From Monocercomonoides exilis PA203 (Eukaryota > Protista > Preaxostyla): a DNA stretch of 64,000 nt. Location: assembly GCA_001643675.2 (NCBI GenBank), contig LSRY02000040.1, forward strand, positions 558,001 through 622,000. Reading direction: 5' to 3'. Within the stretch, counting starts at the first letter, position 1. Every line of letters begins with the position of its first letter. The notes beneath the pieces were generated by a model. That model was not told the origin of the DNA and made no database searches. It was given only the letters and a program-made list of their open reading frames with translations. The position numbers and the translations under genes are program-made. Below, in pieces: positions 1 through 13,519 of the stretch.

Positions 1-3000
1 CAATTTCACTCCGTTTGTCATCGATATTGGCGACTTCCCATTCATCGTCAGTGTCGCTGCAATTTCCATCACAAATCCATTCATTATTAATTCTCCCCCT
101 TCAATGTTTATAACATTATATCCGATCTTTCCATCTGTCAATGCTCCGCTTTCAAATGAAACAGAACAGTTCGCCATGTTGAGTGTTGATGTTGAATGAA
201 TAAATGCAGTCCTCCTTTCATTGATAACTTTGTTCATCACAAATGCCAAATTAGTCATTTCAAATGATTTTGTGCACTCGATAAGGCCATTTTGGCTAAT
301 TTCTCCTCCATCCTTCACCTCAACTTTCATCTTCTCTCCCGCTGATACCTCTTTCCCTTTCAAATTCACGCTTCGGGAAGTCACTTTAATAACATTAGTT
401 ATTGAAGATTTAGAAACAACTTCCACTGTTTGCAGCCCATCGTCAACTTGAGTGTTCATGCAATAGTCAATTGTCAGACACCCAAACTTCACAAACCCAC
501 AATAACTGTGATCCAGCACCATGTCACCGCTCCTGCCGACAGTCAATGTCGATCCGATTGACTGCAAATACACAAACAGTGGAATCACTTCTCCATCTAT
601 CAGATCTTCGCTCCCGCAAAACTTCAGCACATCTGACGGAGTGGTAGTTTTATCAAAAAATGAAAAAGAGTTTTCATTCACCATTTCATTGAGCCAAATC
701 TTTGAACCGCAGCGAATAAACACATCCTTCCCATATAGTGCGTCATTCGGCGATAAAAGCTGAGGTGAAAACGCATTTTTTGAGGAAATATTCAATGTGC
801 ACAGCGAGTTCTGTATCTCTACCATCATTCCCCCGCCTCTCCCTTTAGTTCCTCCTTCATAATTCTTCGCCTCGCACCCACCAATTTTATTGCTCCCATT
901 CACAACCACACTTCCCTTTCCGTCCATCCTCACAAATATTCCCCCACCTCTTCCGATATCATTTTCTTTTCCGTGGCATTTGCAGTTCCTGATGATGCAC
1001 GAATCAATAACAACAATCCCAGATGTATCCTGTGCACTCGCACGTGCTTTTCCAATTGCTCCATTGATCAGTCCCCCGTCTCCATTTTTTTTTTCAATGC
1101 CGCTAATACTGCATCCTTCAAAATACACAACATTCATATCTGCTTCAAACTCGACGAACGAGTGCCCATCAAATGTCAGAATTTCTTTGATCATAAAACG
1201 CTCCAATCTCAGATTGCCCTCAGTTGCCTTTACGAAGCTGTATTCAATCGGGTAAGTCGTGTCAACGCCTGATGAATAGCCAACTGAGCAGTCTGTGAGC
1301 TTCAGGAGTGCAGAGCTGGCCAAAATCAGCGATTTCACATCTGTTAACGCTGTTGGGATTGAAAATGTGATATTTTCTATTGTGCATGAGCATGTGCTTT
1401 GCGTCTTAATCAACCAATCAGAACTTTTGGTTACTAGGTCAATCACATTCACTTTTGTTTCAACCGCTGCACAAAAGATCTTCCATTCATTGGTATCTGC
1501 CATGGCAACCTCTTCAGCAAGCTCGAATCCTGGATCCAGCTCAATGCTTTTATTTGAATCTGTATATTGCGCAACGGCAGCGTGAGTGATTGTGGCACAC
1601 GGATAATAATCAAACCCACAAAACCACGAGTTGTATCCCCCCAACCCTTTCTTCGCCTTCCCGACATGTGCCGCAGCGGGAAATGTGTCCAGAAACACAT
1701 TCAGCGGGAATTGTCCCATTGATGGGTCACTCCGATCGATTCCCACCAGTTCCTTTAATGTTGATATGCTCTGTATATTTTTCAGCGTTGACGTTGTTAT
1801 TCCCCAGCTTGCCGAATTGCTCCCATTCACAAATAGATAATTCCCTCCCGATGAAGCAGTGCAACCTGCAAAATCGACAGACACAATCGAGAAGTCGTGC
1901 GAGTTATCAGCCAGATGCAGCATCATCCCTCCTCCATATCCGCTGCACTTGCATTTGCTGAATTTTGTTAATGTTTCAACCCGCAGCTTGCTTGTTGGTG
2001 ATAATAAATCAACCTTAATCCCACCACCACTTCCACCCTTGCACTCGCATTCTTCGATTGTCACATTCTTGACCGCAAATGTCTCTTCTCCCTTCACACT
2101 CTTTGATATTACAACACCATCTCCTTCTGTCAGATTCACATTTCGAATTGTCACATTCCCCAGCAATCTCTCTCCAGATAACGATCCTGTTGATGATGGT
2201 TCAGAAAATAGTGGCTGTGATATTTTCATATTTTCTATCTCCACATCAATCATTTTCAGCTGCCTCAGCACCACTTCAAATACAAATGAAGATATTACAC
2301 TTCCTCCTGATATTGAAGAGTCGATCACCACATCCTCCAGCGAAAGAGTCCCGCTCCCCAGTGACACAACAAACACACTCGGCGATGGGCTTCTCATCGA
2401 GTTGTGATCGATCCCTGCATGCCCCACCTCCAGTTGACCAGAAGATATGCTAAACAGCGTTGTTGAAGATGTAGAAAGAGAATTCGTCCCAATCACACTC
2501 ACTGCTTTCCCTCTCCCAACAACAGAAATCTTCTTTTCCCCAACACTAATTGTTGTCCCTTCGCTCACATGCTTCCCACTCAGCACTGTGATCGAAGAGC
2601 TCAGCTGTGCCGTGCTCGACCCCACTGCATGCCCCACTGTCTTGCAAGGTGCTGCCTCGCTCATCCCACACAGATTGCTCGCATCATCCCCACTCACCCC
2701 AACATACCGATCTTTCATCCCCTCCTTCAGCCATCCCTTCTTTTCTGTATGTTGATAACCATTATAATAATAGCACACTCTCTTATCATTGCTATTCGTT
2801 GTGTATGATTCGTAGAACGGGTTGTTCGAAGAAAAGTGATTGTAATTGTCTTGAAAAAACACATCATGGCCATATGGAGTGGAATTACTGCATCTGCAAT
2901 CGTGGAAGAAGAAGAAATAACAATAAAGCTTGTCATCTGGAGCTTCTGATTGATCAGGATAAAATCTCATCCCTCCGCCAGTTGATGTTGCGTTGCACGA

Positions 3001-4686
3001 AATAAACTGGAGGCTCCTCATTTTGAATGCAGCCGGAACATTAACACAATACATCCCTCCGCCACTTGAACCTGTAAGAGAACACGAAGTGAATGAACAC
3101 TCAAACACACAAGCACTCTCTCCATTGCCGCTTTCTGTTCCAATACAGGAAGATCCAGAAACATTAAAATTTTCGAGATAAAGCCCTCCTCCCACTCGAT
3201 CTGCTTTGCAATTCTGAAATTCGCAACCACTGATCCTGACACATGACGAAATCGAATAAGCATACATCCCTCCTCCGTAATCTTTTTGAGCAGTACATGC
3301 ATTGAATGAGCTGTTCTCTATCTTGATTGAACTGATCTCATGGCACATAATACCTCCTCCAGCATATTTTGCATAGCAGTCGTTGAACGAACAAAATTTC
3401 ACTGAAAGTGTTCCCGATGCTTTGTTATACATGTAAATCGCTCCGCCATTTGAATCTTCAAAAGAATAATCATATTGTGTTCCAGTTGTATTTGACCCAT
3501 TCCACTCACACCAAGTGAACGAATTTACGTCATCGTCTGCTATTTGCTGTCTCCCTGGTTTCCACGGATTCCCTTCACTCCCACTGACTGCAACATTCTG
3601 AGTGCGATAGCATTTGACAAATGAGGTGTTTGAAGCGGCCAAGGATGACGAGGGGCTGTTCAGCGAGGGAACAATGCCCCCATCATACACATCCCACACA
3701 GATGAAAATGTGCATCCACTCATCAGAAACACTCTTTGGCCCAACCCTTCACCCAGTTGTCTTGTTTTCTGTGGATTTGTGGAGATGTTGAAGAAGGTCA
3801 GCTGGGTGAGTGTCACAAGGGGTGTCAGTGGAGGCGCTAGAAACGGGGCTGATGAAATACAAAAAGATGAGAAATCCGACTCACTCACCGATACACCCCC
3901 TCCTCCTTCACTTCCTTCTTCGCTTCCTTCTCCACCTCTTCCTTCACTTCCTCTTCTTCCTCCACCTACTCCTTGTCCTCCTCTCTCTCCTCCTTCACCT
4001 CTTCCGCTTCCTCTTCCCCATCCTCTTCCTCCACCTTCTCTCTCACTCCTCGTCTGCCCCATCCTCTCCTCTCCTCCAAACAGTCTCCCACACACATTTC
4101 CTCCCCTTCCAACCCCTCTCAGCGTGATGTTCCAAAACACCCCTCTGCACCCACTCAGATCAAACACCCCCGCCTCCTTCCCTCTCCCCATCTCCACACC
4201 ACATCCCCTCACCACAACCACACTCCCCCTCATTCCACACACAATCCTCCCAATTTCATCTCCAATCAGCTCAATCTTCTTCAACTTAACTGACGAATTC
4301 ATCAATCTCACCTTTCCGATGATTTGGCTTTGTTCGCTTATTCGTCCATAATCTTTGAAAGAAAAAAGAGATTTTGTGTCCATGTGTTTGTTTTGTTTGG
4401 TGTTCTTCACTTCATCCAGATTTTCAAAATTCTCTTTATTTTTGTGCAATTCTTCATTGCCAAATGAACACGCATCTGAAAATATTGAACATAGATCCAC
4501 ATCATAAAAATATATTAAAGGCAGGAATTGCACACTTTCTTTCGATGCGTACACATTCATATCACAGTTTTTATCATTGAAAACAACATTCGAACCAAGA
4601 GAATGATCGACTGTTGCCAATTGGTGGCTATGATGGCAATTAATAGTGTATATAAACGCACATAACGACACAATCAGATGGCTCAT
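1..4686 (-). CDS. Large secreted/surface protein, right-handed beta-helix / Pmp-like (GGG-x repeats); 3' end lies outside the window
   Basis: Manual translation of the minus frame is open from ATG 4686 (MSHLIVSLCAFIYTINC, signal-peptide-like) to base 1. It contains repeated NGGAIY, AGGGIM, YGGGMY, VGGGLY, SGGGMY and RGGGIF motifs, Cys-x-Phe-x-x-Cys rungs and CG..PC.T motifs. It is missing from the ORF track, presumably because it has no stop in the window; the many + strand ORFs here are its antisense shadow. Confidence 0.85.
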   Translation of the reverse strand, partial: MSHLIVSLCAFIYTINCHHSHQLATVDHSLGSNVVFNDKNCDMNVYASKESVQFLPLIYFYDVDLCSIFSDACSFGNEELHKNKENFENLDEVKNTKQNKHMDTKSLFSFKDYGRISEQSQIIGKVRLMNSSVKLKKIELIGDEIGRIVCGMRGSVVVVRGCGVEMGRGKEAGVFDLSGCRGVFWNITLRGVGRGGNVCGRLFGGEERMGQTRSEREGGGRGWGRGSGRGEGGERGGQGVGGGRRGSEGRGGEGSEEGSEGGGGVSVSESDFSSFCISSAPFLAPPLTPLVTLTQLTFFNISTNPQKTRQLGEGLGQRVFLMSGCTFSSVWDVYDGGIVPSLNSPSSSLAASNTSFVKCYRTQNVAVSGSEGNPWKPGRQQIADDDVNSFTWCEWNGSNTTGTQYDYSFEDSNGGAIYMYNKASGTLSVKFCSFNDCYAKYAGGGIMCHEISSIKIENSSFNACTAQKDYGGGMYAYSISSCVRISGCEFQNCKADRVGGGLYLENFNVSGSSCIGTESGNGESACVFECSFTSCSLTGSSGGGMYCVNVPAAFKMRSLQFISCNATSTGGGMRFYPDQSEAPDDKLYCYFFFFHDCRCSNSTPYGHDVFFQDNYNHFSSNNPFYESYTTNSNDKRVCYYYNGYQHTEKKGWLKEGMKDRYVGVSGDDASNLCGMSEAAPCKTVGHAVGSSTAQLSSSITVLSGKHVSEGTTISVGEKKISVVGRGKAVSVIGTNSLSTSSTTLFSISSGQLEVGHAGIDHNSMRSPSPSVFVVSLGSGTLSLEDVVIDSSISGGSVISSFVFEVVLRQLKMIDVEIENMKISQPLFSEPSSTGSLSGERLLGNVTIRNVNLTEGDGVVISKSVKGEETFAVKNVTIEECECKGGSGGGIKVDLLSPTSKLRVETLTKFSKCKCSGYGGGMMLHLADNSHDFSIVSVDFAGCTASSGGNYLFVNGSNSASWGITTSTLKNIQSISTLKELVGIDRSDPSMGQFPLNVFLDTFPAAAHVGKAKKGLGGYNSWFCGFDYYPCATITHAAVAQYTDSNKSIELDPGFELAEEVAMADTNEWKIFCAAVETKVNVIDLVTKSSDWLIKTQSTCSCTIENITFSIPTALTDVKSLILASSALLKLTDCSVGYSSGVDTTYPIEYSFVKATEGNLRLERFMIKEILTFDGHSFVEFEADMNVVYFEGCSISGIEKKNGDGGLINGAIGKARASAQDTSGIVVIDSCIIRNCKCHGKENDIGRGGGIFVRMDGKGSVVVNGSNKIGGCEAKNYEGGTKGRGGGMMVEIQNSLCTLNISSKNAFSPQLLSPNDALYGKDVFIRCGSKIWLNEMVNENSFSFFDKTTTPSDVLKFCGSEDLIDGEVIPLFVYLQSIGSTLTVGRSGDMVLDHSYCGFVKFGCLTIDYCMNTQVDDGLQTVEVVSKSSITNVIKVTSRSVNLKGKEVSAGEKMKVEVKDGGEISQNGLIECTKSFEMTNLAFVMNKVINERRTAFIHSTSTLNMANCSVSFESGALTDGKIGYNVINIEGGELIMNGFVMEIAATLTMNGKSPISMTNGVKL

Positions 4687-5231
4687 GCTAAGTGTGAAAT
4701 GCACAATCAAAAAAAGAATAATAAAATAATGGACGCGATGAATAAATTTATTTTCATTTCCACAAATCTGAAGTTTTTCTCTTCTAACTCTTCAAATATA
4801 TTTCGTTGAGGGTTTTTATTTTTATTTTATTTTAAAGATCTGATTAATTCATTCAAAAAATAAAATGATGAAAAAAAAAGTTTTTCATAATTCAAAAAAT
4901 ATTTGTAATTTCAAATAAAAATTTATTTGAATTGAATTGATAAAAAATAAACAAAATGAGCCAACTCATATCTCAAGTTCCATTAAGAAAGCAATATCAA
5001 ATAATCCATTCATTTTTCCCTTTCCATTCATCGTCAATGTTGTTTGATATTCATTAAATATTGAAATTCACTTATTTCTTTCTCTTTTCTCTCTGTCTGT
5101 TTTGTCAATCTTCTTCATTTCACTCTCATCTCTCTTCTTCCATTCGCCTTTCTTCCCTCAAATTTCTTTCTGGCTGACATTCCTCTTCCTATTCTTCTGT
5201 CTCATACGCTCACCATTCTCTCTCTCTCTTT

Positions 5232-5273
<42 letters not shown>

Positions 5274-5603
5274 TCTTTCTCCTCCTTTTTCATTGAATTT
5301 TTTTTTAAATTTCTTTTTGTTTCTCCTCTTCCTCTTCTTCCTCTTCTTTTAATTTGACATGTTTCACGCCATTTCTAATTGAAATGGATGAATTCAAACT
5401 GAGTTGCGGAACATTCAAACTGAGAAGAAAGGTGGCGAAAAAGGGAATTTATTTGGTATTTTTTGAAAAAGAAGAAAAAGAAAGAGAAGAAAAAGAAAAA
5501 GAAGAAAAAGAAGAAGGAGGAGGAGGAGGAAGAGGAAGAGGAGGAGGAAGAGGAGGAAGAGGAAGAGGAGGAAGAGGAAGAATTATAATTAGAAGAACGA
5601 GGT

Positions 5604-5681
5604 GAAGAAGAAGAAGAAGAAGAAGAAGAAGAAGAAGAAGAAGAAGAAGAAGAAGAAGAAGAAGAAGAAGAAGAAGAAGAA
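5604..5681 (+). repeat. (GAA)26 microsatellite within a purine-rich low-complexity block (5465-5710)
   Basis: Perfect GAA run read directly from the sequence. Confidence 0.95.
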
Positions 5682-8148
5682 GAGGAAGGAAAGAAAGCTG
5701 AAGAAAAAGATGATGTAATGGTGTTGAGGAATAGGAAAAGAAATGTATTTTCCAGAGTGATTTGATGTTGTTTGGTTGATTGAAATATGAAAATACGTTT
5801 TGCTTGTTTTTCTCTCAATCTTTTTCAATTCAATTTTCCTTTCTTTCTTCCTTTCACTCTTCTCCATTCATCATTTCGTCGTATTTCATTCTTTTTAAAA
5901 GGATAAACTTTTCTCCATCTCTCTTTTCTCTGTCAAAATTCTATTCCTCTTTGTACAAATCATCTGATGAAATATTATTTATTTCTCCTTTTCCTTTGAT
6001 CCTTTTTCTTCTCCTTTGCTTCTTCAATTGAAATCCTCAAAACCCCACGTGTTTTCATTTTTGAACCACATCCAGAGAATTATAAATGCTGCAGAAATAT
6101 TTCCCTTCGTTAAATTGTCTCCGTTTTCATTTTATCTTTCTGCTTCTTTTTCTTCTCATCCACTCAATTCATTTTTCTCTCTGGAGATTCCCCTTTTCAG
6201 AACATCTTTTTGGTATTTTGAAGATAAAATTAATTCAAACGTTTTCTTCATCTTATCTCAAAGCGAATACTTTGGTGCAATACTTTTCTCTTCTTTCTCT
6301 TCTTTCTCTGTATCTTTTCTTCTTTTCTTCTTTTCCTCAATGTCATTACGTTTTCTTCTTTCATTGCCTTTTCTTTCTCTTTCTTTCTTTCTCCAATGGC
6401 ATGATTCTCTCTCTCTCTCTCTCTCCAGAATTGTTCGGTTCTCGCTCTTTCTCCTCTTTTTGTTATTCTTTCCTCCATTTCCCCTCAAAGCAACTTTTCT
6501 TTTCCATAATCAATTTTTCCTTATTTTCCACTCCATCTTTGTATCTTCCCTCTTCTCTCTTCTCCCCCTCTTTGAAATACTCCATTATTAATTCCAACTC
6601 AAATTCTATGAAATTTCTAAAATCCTTTTCACATTTTATTCACCCAATTCTGCATTATTTCACCAGTATTGAAAATCTTGTCATTAAAGCATAAAAATGG
6701 CTGTTCCCGTCAAACCATTCTGGAAATGACAATGAGTTATGACAAATCACAAAAAAAGTTGGATGCTTTTAAAATGTGAATGCCCAGCCAGCCCATCTGC
6801 TCTGATGAAAGAGTCGCTTCTATCAAATACCCTCAACAAATATGCCAAACAAACTGCTTTTCTCTTTCTTGCAAACTCATGTTAAGCATTGTCATGCTAT
6901 GCAGCATGCAAAACAGATGGTAAGAAACGAATGTCATCGTTGAATGCAATCCAAACAGGGATAATTTCAAAACTTCTGATTCTTTTGAAAAATGTTAAGA
7001 AGGCTTTATTCAATGGCATTCCTGTTCATAGTCATTCTGTATTCATTCAAAGAACACCTTAAAAGAAAAATGAATGAAATAAAAAAATCAAACTATATTT
7101 TTGGTATCAAAATATTTTCTCATCTCCAATGGATTGGTAATTATCTTTCCAATTGGTTTTCTTGTTTTCCTAAATTGCCTCTTGTCACATAATAAAAACA
7201 GACAACTGGACAATAAATGGCTGATACTGAACGTCATCGAAAGCAGAAAATCCATTGTGAAGTTTACTGTGATATCAGATGAAAACAGATATCCTCCAAA
7301 TTAACTCCTTTTCAAAGACTTATTCAACGTCTTGTCTTTGCTGACAGCACGCTAGTAGGATTCGTGTAAAGGCAAATGAGATTGTTGTTGATGCCTGTTG
7401 GGTGTCTCGCTCAACTCGCATTCTTCATTGTCCAACCCCTCAATTCCATTTCCTTTTCCACAAAGAAAATCTTCCCCCCAAAACCCTAATAAAGCAAGTC
7501 CTGAGCAAAAGTTATACCAAGTACACTGCATTTCCCTGAAATGACATAGCGGTTCAATTAAATCCTTCAGAAACATTCTGCTCGCTTTTTCTGCATCTTG
7601 ATTGAGTTATTTTTCATTCAAAATATCGCAGCCAGCGTTGTACCATATGTTTTGCAATATACAGCTAAGTTCAAATTTTATGCAATTTCTTCCATCAACT
7701 TCCTTTTCGCAAACAATCGATGCAAAAAGTCACCTGCTCCTCCAGCTTCACGTGAAATCTCTATCCTTCTGAAGTGTCATAACTTGCATGACTTCATCTG
7801 TGGCCGTAGGTCTAAGCAGCTCAAACATGTCCTTATCGCAGACAATCAAAAATTAAAAAACTCAAACTTATAAAATTATATGTTGTGAACCCTTACTTAT
7901 TTGTTCAAAAACCAGATAATTTTGTTTCATAGATTTTCTTTCTTTGAGGCAAAAATCATTGATGGCAAAAGAGGTTTCGATCCTATATTATTTAAAAAAT
8001 TTTTGATTTAGTGCTTTTAATTCTTTTTATTCGAATATTCAACGAATATTTCGAAAACGAATTTATTAACTGTTTTAAATTCAACTTGCAATTTCACAGT
8101 TATCTTCAAAACGACAAATATTTCTTGGTTTGTCAGAGTTTATAAGAA

Positions 8149-9525
8149 ATGGATGGTTTAAAAAATAAATGAATATTTTTTCTCTTTTGATTTTTCGATT
8201 TTTTTAGAGAAACTTTCACAGATGGAACAATTCAATGAAGCAGAGCAGAAGCAGAAAATTGAAGAAATGGATAAAATAGTTGATGGAATGAATATAGAAG
8301 AATTCGAATCAATTTTCAACGAAGAAACATTCAACAAAATAGAAAAAATGATTGAAGAAAAGAAAATGTCAATAGAAAATGCAATTTTGCTGCTGAAGCA
8401 TATAGGATATTACAATATGCTAAAAAGTATTTTTATTTTTGGACTAAGAAAATCTATGTTGAATGAAAGATTTAAGAAGATGATAATTGAAGAAGAAGAG
8501 AAAAAAGAAGAAAAGAATGAAAGGCTTTTGGTTGATCTTTGCAAATGCCATATTTCACTTAATTATCTCCTCTCGCCTGAAATGATTTCAATTTGTGTGT
8601 CTTGCCTTCTGAAAGTTGCATTGAAGAAAGAGGAGACCGATGAAGCTCAGAAGGAAGTTGAAATGGGGTTGCTAGCTTTGTGCAATATTGGAAATTTGGT
8701 TTGAGAACCTTTTTACCATTTTGATCTTGTTAAATTGCATTTTCCTCTTTTTTTGCATAGAAAGTTAAAATTGATCTTTATCTGAATGAAATCAGAGAGA
8801 TCATCAAATATCACCAGGAACATCAGAATCTGACACGACTTGCCTATCAATCTGTTTGGCTGTTTTTGGTCAAGAGATTATACTGCAACAGATTTTTGGA
8901 AGATATTGTTGTGAATAAGCTGCATTTTGGAAGAGAAGCAAGAAGAGAATTGGAAGAGCTAACAAAGTGCGTGAACTGGAAGAAGAAAGAAGAGGAAATG
9001 AACAAAGAAGAAGCGAAAGAAGAAATTGCATTGATGAGATGGGTAGAAACATTGAAGATTTATTTCCTCAGATGCAAATTGTGGAACGAACTATTTTTTG
9101 GGCTTATCTGTGGCATTGTTCAGGTATATCGAGCAGCAAAAGGAAATAATGGAGTAATTGGCAATCTCTGCATTTCCTCCTTGGGAATTGCAGCAGAAAG
9201 GAGTGTTGTGAAAGTTGAAGACTTGTTGAAAAGTGGTGCTATTGATGCTGTTTTGGAGGAGATACATCAGCCAACGTTGGATGACAATATTGCACATGAC
9301 AGCTTAATATTTTTTATGAACGTTTCAAGTCGATTGAAAGAAAAAACGGATAATAAAATCGAAGAAGAGGAAAGAAAGGCAACGAAAAGGAAGGTTTTTG
9401 AAAAGCTGGAAGAAGAAGGATACGAAGATACAATCACCACCTTTCATAAAATATTTGATTTTCTTCACAGAAATTATTCTCTTGGAACATCGTTGAATAT
9501 TTCTGATTATTTTATAAATATTTGA
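8149..9525 (+). CDS. Alpha-helical E/K-rich multigene-family protein, paralogue 1 (exons 8149-8155, 8208-8698, 8761-9525)
   Basis: GT..AG introns 8156-8207 (phase 1) and 8699-8760 (phase 0) join the ORFs in frame. Shares LLLKHIGY, CLLKVAL..E.QKEVEM.LLAL, YLNEI...HQ.H.NLTRLAYQS.W and LLKSGAI motifs with paralogues 2 and 3. Confidence 0.85.
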
Positions 9526-11554
9526 AAAAATGAAACTCATTTTTTTTATTTGATTTTGTAACTCAGAAATTTTTTATTCTTTTTTATTCATTTCACAAAA
9601 TGAAAAAATAAATAAATAAATAAATAAATGGATCATTTAAATCATGTTTTTGCTTTCTTTTAGGAGAATAAAAAAAGAAAAATCAAAAATTCCATTCTTT
9701 TCTTTTCTTTTCATCAAGAATCTTTGTTGAACGAATTGTTTAAAAAAAAATATGTTAAAAATCAGTACTCACTTGTTCATTCATCATTTTTGAAATCTTT
9801 TCCTCTGTTCTTTTCAGCAGTTTTGTGTTCCTCTCACTTCTTTCTCTATTTTTCCTCGTTCCTTTAGATTTCATTGAACTGAAAAAGAGAAATAAAAACT
9901 CCTTAAAAAACTGAGGATTTGTAAGATGAATTTGAATGGAAAGATAGCGTTCTTCTTTTGGTAGTTTGTGTGTTAATTGAAGCTTCTCATCGCAGACATT
10001 TTCTCATTCTCGCTTTTTCTTTCTGTATTTCAGTCCAACCTGCTTTGCCAAATATTCATCAAAAATATGATATCCTCAGCCAATTCCCAATGAGCAAGAG
10101 AAATAAAGAAATAAAGAAACGACAAATACAAAGAAATAACTTTTTGATTTTTGCCTTATATTTTCTGTCCAAAGGATTTCATTTGAATTTTTCATCATCC
10201 TTCAACAGCTAAATATTCCTCAAATAGCACAAATTCGTTCACAGAGCAGAGATTAAGCCAAACTGATAAACTCAGAAGTCGAATGAACCAACATTCTGAT
10301 TGTGATTCATGCTCTTCCCTTGAAAGTGATGATAAATGTGAAAAGGAAGGAAGAGAAGGAAGAAATGATGGTTTTCAAATGGATAATTGACGCAATTATA
10401 AGAATTTGAGTAAATGTGAGAAATATTCTCTCTAAAATCCTTTCTCAAAATCAACAGCCTCAATCTGCAAACATGCTTTCAACTTATTCTTTGTCCTCTT
10501 ATCTTTACAGAATTCTCTATTATTTTCCTGTTCTTCAATTTTTTCCTCTTATTTTTTCCTCTTCACTCATTTCCTCTTGTTCAGCTGTATGTTAAGATTC
10601 TATTCCACCAATTTCAAAGTAGTTGCATCCACTTTAGAGTTAATAGCTTTTTTTTTTCCTCATCCATTGCCATCAAATGAAGCATCAAGTGAATTCAAAC
10701 AAGAACGGGCGAATGCAGAGAAGGATAAAACAGAAAAGGATTTGGAACAAAAGGAGAAATTGAGAGAAAGTTTAAGTGAAGAATATGAAGAGGAAGTTTG
10801 TCAACGAGAAGAAAGAGGTTCAGTGCATTCCATTCAATGAATCGCATTCTTTGTCGCTTTCCATCTGAAACGAAGTGAAGCCATATTTTCCTTTTCCAGC
10901 TTCTCTATTCTGGAGTGATTATGCATTTGTCTTTTTCTTCTTCAACGAAATCTGTTCACTCTTGCTCTGCCTCATTCTCTTCTTCACTCGCACTTATTGT
11001 CATGAATACTTTTATTGCATCCAACGAAGTCATCGAAGAAAACGGAGAAGAAGACGGAGAAGAAGAAGAAGGAAAGGAGGAAGAGGAAGGACAGGAGGAA
11101 GAGGAAAGAGGAGGAAGAGGAGGAAGAGGAAGAAGAGGAGGAAGAGGAAGAAGAGGAGGAAGAGGAAGAAGAGGAGGAAGAGGATGAAAAAGAAGAAGAA
11201 GAAGAAGAAGAAATGATGACGGAGACGATGATGATGATGATGAAACAGAAGAAGAAGAAGAAGAAGAAGAAGAAAAAAAAAAAAAGAAAAAAGAAAAAAA
11301 AAAGAAAAAAAAGAAGTGGAAGAGGAGGAGAAGAAGAAGATAAAGCATAATTATTACTCCGATGCGGATGATGATGCTGAGGTTCATTCATTTGTCTAAC
11401 TCTTTTCTCCGAAGTTGAATGTTTTGATACGCCTTTTTTTGAATGCTTCGAAATTTCTTCTTCTTTCTCTTCTCTTTCATCTTCTTTATCTCTTTCTTTC
11501 TCTTCTTCTTCTTCTTCTTCTTCTTTTTCTTCTTCTTCTTCTTCTTCTTCTTCT

Positions 11555-11595
11555 ATGAAATCCTCTTTTTATGCTCAAAACAATCCATTAATTCA

Positions 11596-11626
<31 letters not shown>

Positions 11627-13519
11627 TCTTCTTCCAATTCTTCTGATCATTCTCTTTCTATCTCTTCTCCTTTTCCTCCTTCTTCTCTTTCTTCTTCTCT
11701 TTCTCCTCCTTCTCCTCCTCCTTCTCTCCATTCATCCAATCCTTTTGCTTTAGCTTCTTCTTCTGTGATTCTTTCTTCTTCTCATCAAAATTCAATTCCA
11801 AACGAAAAAGAAATGAAATTTCGAATGCGTTCATATTCTTTTTCTCCTCGTTCCTCTTCTTCTTCTTTTTCTTCTTCTTCTCCTCCTCCTCCTTCTTCTT
11901 CTTCTTCTTCTTCTTCTTCTTCTCATTCAAAGTTTAATTCAAATTCAAATACAAATTCTAGTCATAATAACAAATCTTCAGTCGATTCTGGTTCGCGGAA
12001 TCTGTTGGTGAATTCTATTCCTTCTTTTGTTTTGGATAAAACGTCTTCTCCTTCCTCTTCTTCTCTTTCTTCTCTTTCTTCTTCCTCTTTTCTCTCTTTT
12101 TCCTCTTCTTCTCTTTCTTCTTTTTCTCTTCCTCTTTCTTCTTTCATTCAGGATGAGTTTCCAAGAGTATTTGTGGATATTCCTTCTTCTTCTGTCTATT
12201 TCTCTTCTCTTCCTCCTTCTCTTCTTTCTCCTCATTTGGAAATGAAAACATCGGAAAAGGGAAATAAGAAAAACAAAAAGAATTGCTTAGATTCTTCATT
12301 ATCATCATCATCATCATCATCAGCTTCTTCTTCTTCTTCTTCCTTTTCTTCTTCCTCCTCTTCCTCCTCTTCCTCTTCCTCTTCCCCCTCTTCTTCTCTT
12401 TCTCCTTCTCAATCTCTCAACCAAAGAGTCTTTCGACCTCGTCCTTATTCTTCACAGTTATACCCTCCAAATTCTTATTCTCCTTCTGCTTTGTCCTCTT
12501 TCTTCTGCAATGCTCAACTGTCTGTGATATCTTCCTCTTCTTCTTCTCCTTCATTATCATCATCATCTTCTTCATTCTCTTCTTCTTCCTCTCTTTCCTC
12601 TCTTTCTTCCTCTTCTTCCTCTTCTTCCTCTTCATCATCTTCTCCTTATTCCTCCTCGCTTCCTCCTCTTCTCCTCTCTCTTCTTCTTCCTGTTGCCTCT
12701 GCCTCAATCGACACTCTGCTTCTGCAAAGGCTGAGAGAAGATGAGTGCGACCTGCTTTTGTATGAGCAGAATTTGAAGGATTTGTTTGTGGTGAAGAACG
12801 AGCTGAACGATGAGACAGTGACATTTGCGAAGGGAGTGTATGGATTTGGGAGAGGAGGAGCCTCCAGCGATGGATGGGGAGAGGCAAGAAAGAAGGCAGC
12901 GAATGAAGAGAAATGCAAAGAAGCATCTGAAAAAGCGAAGGAAAAAAGTGAGAAAAAGGAGAAACAAGGGAAGGATGAAGAGAACGATTGTTGCACTTGT
13001 GATACATTTGAGTCAAATAAGCATTGTTCTCCTGTGGAAGGAGAAAAAAGTGGTGAAGAAAGCAAGCACACAACTGAAATGTCTGATGTTAGTGATGAAG
13101 AATCCAGCAACCACGCAATGCATCCTTCTTCTCCAAATCTGTTGGATTCTCCGCCAAACACTCTTTCTGGTTATTTCAGCTCTCCTCCTCCTCCTCCTCC
13201 TCATTCTTCTCATTTTTCTTCTTCCTCTCACAAAAGTGCATCTGAACTTGGAATCATTCCTCCGCCTCCACGTTTGGATGATCTGATCGGTCAAACAGAG
13301 AAAGAAGTTTCTTCTTCTTTTTCTTCTTCTTCTTCTTCTTCTTCTTTTGTTTCTTCTCTCTCCCCGTCTTTTTCGAACGAAAATTCTCTTTCCTCTGCTC
13401 TGCATCTTCCTCCGATCCCTCTTTCTCTTTCTCCATCTTCTCCTCCTCCTCCTACTCCTCCTCCTTCTTCGCATCTGTCAGCAGACTCATCTGCCTGCAG
13501 CAGCATCTCCATTCTGTAA
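11555..13519 (+). CDS. Ser/Pro-rich low-complexity ORF, probably part of a larger decayed or multi-exon gene (about 10600-13900)
   Basis: 654-codon open frame built mainly from TCT/TCC/TCA repeats, with a central non-repetitive block (IDTLLLQRLREDECDLLLYEQNLKDLFVVKNEL). No recognisable domain. Confidence 0.35.

Noticed and set aside
221-4351. Numerous plus-strand ORFs in the ORF track
   Set aside because: Antisense shadows of the single long minus-strand CDS.
4706-4757. Alternative upstream ATG (MKINLFIASIILLFFF) for the beta-helix gene
   Set aside because: Hits TGA after a T7 run and would need a one-base insertion; ATG 4686 is in frame and already gives a signal-like peptide.
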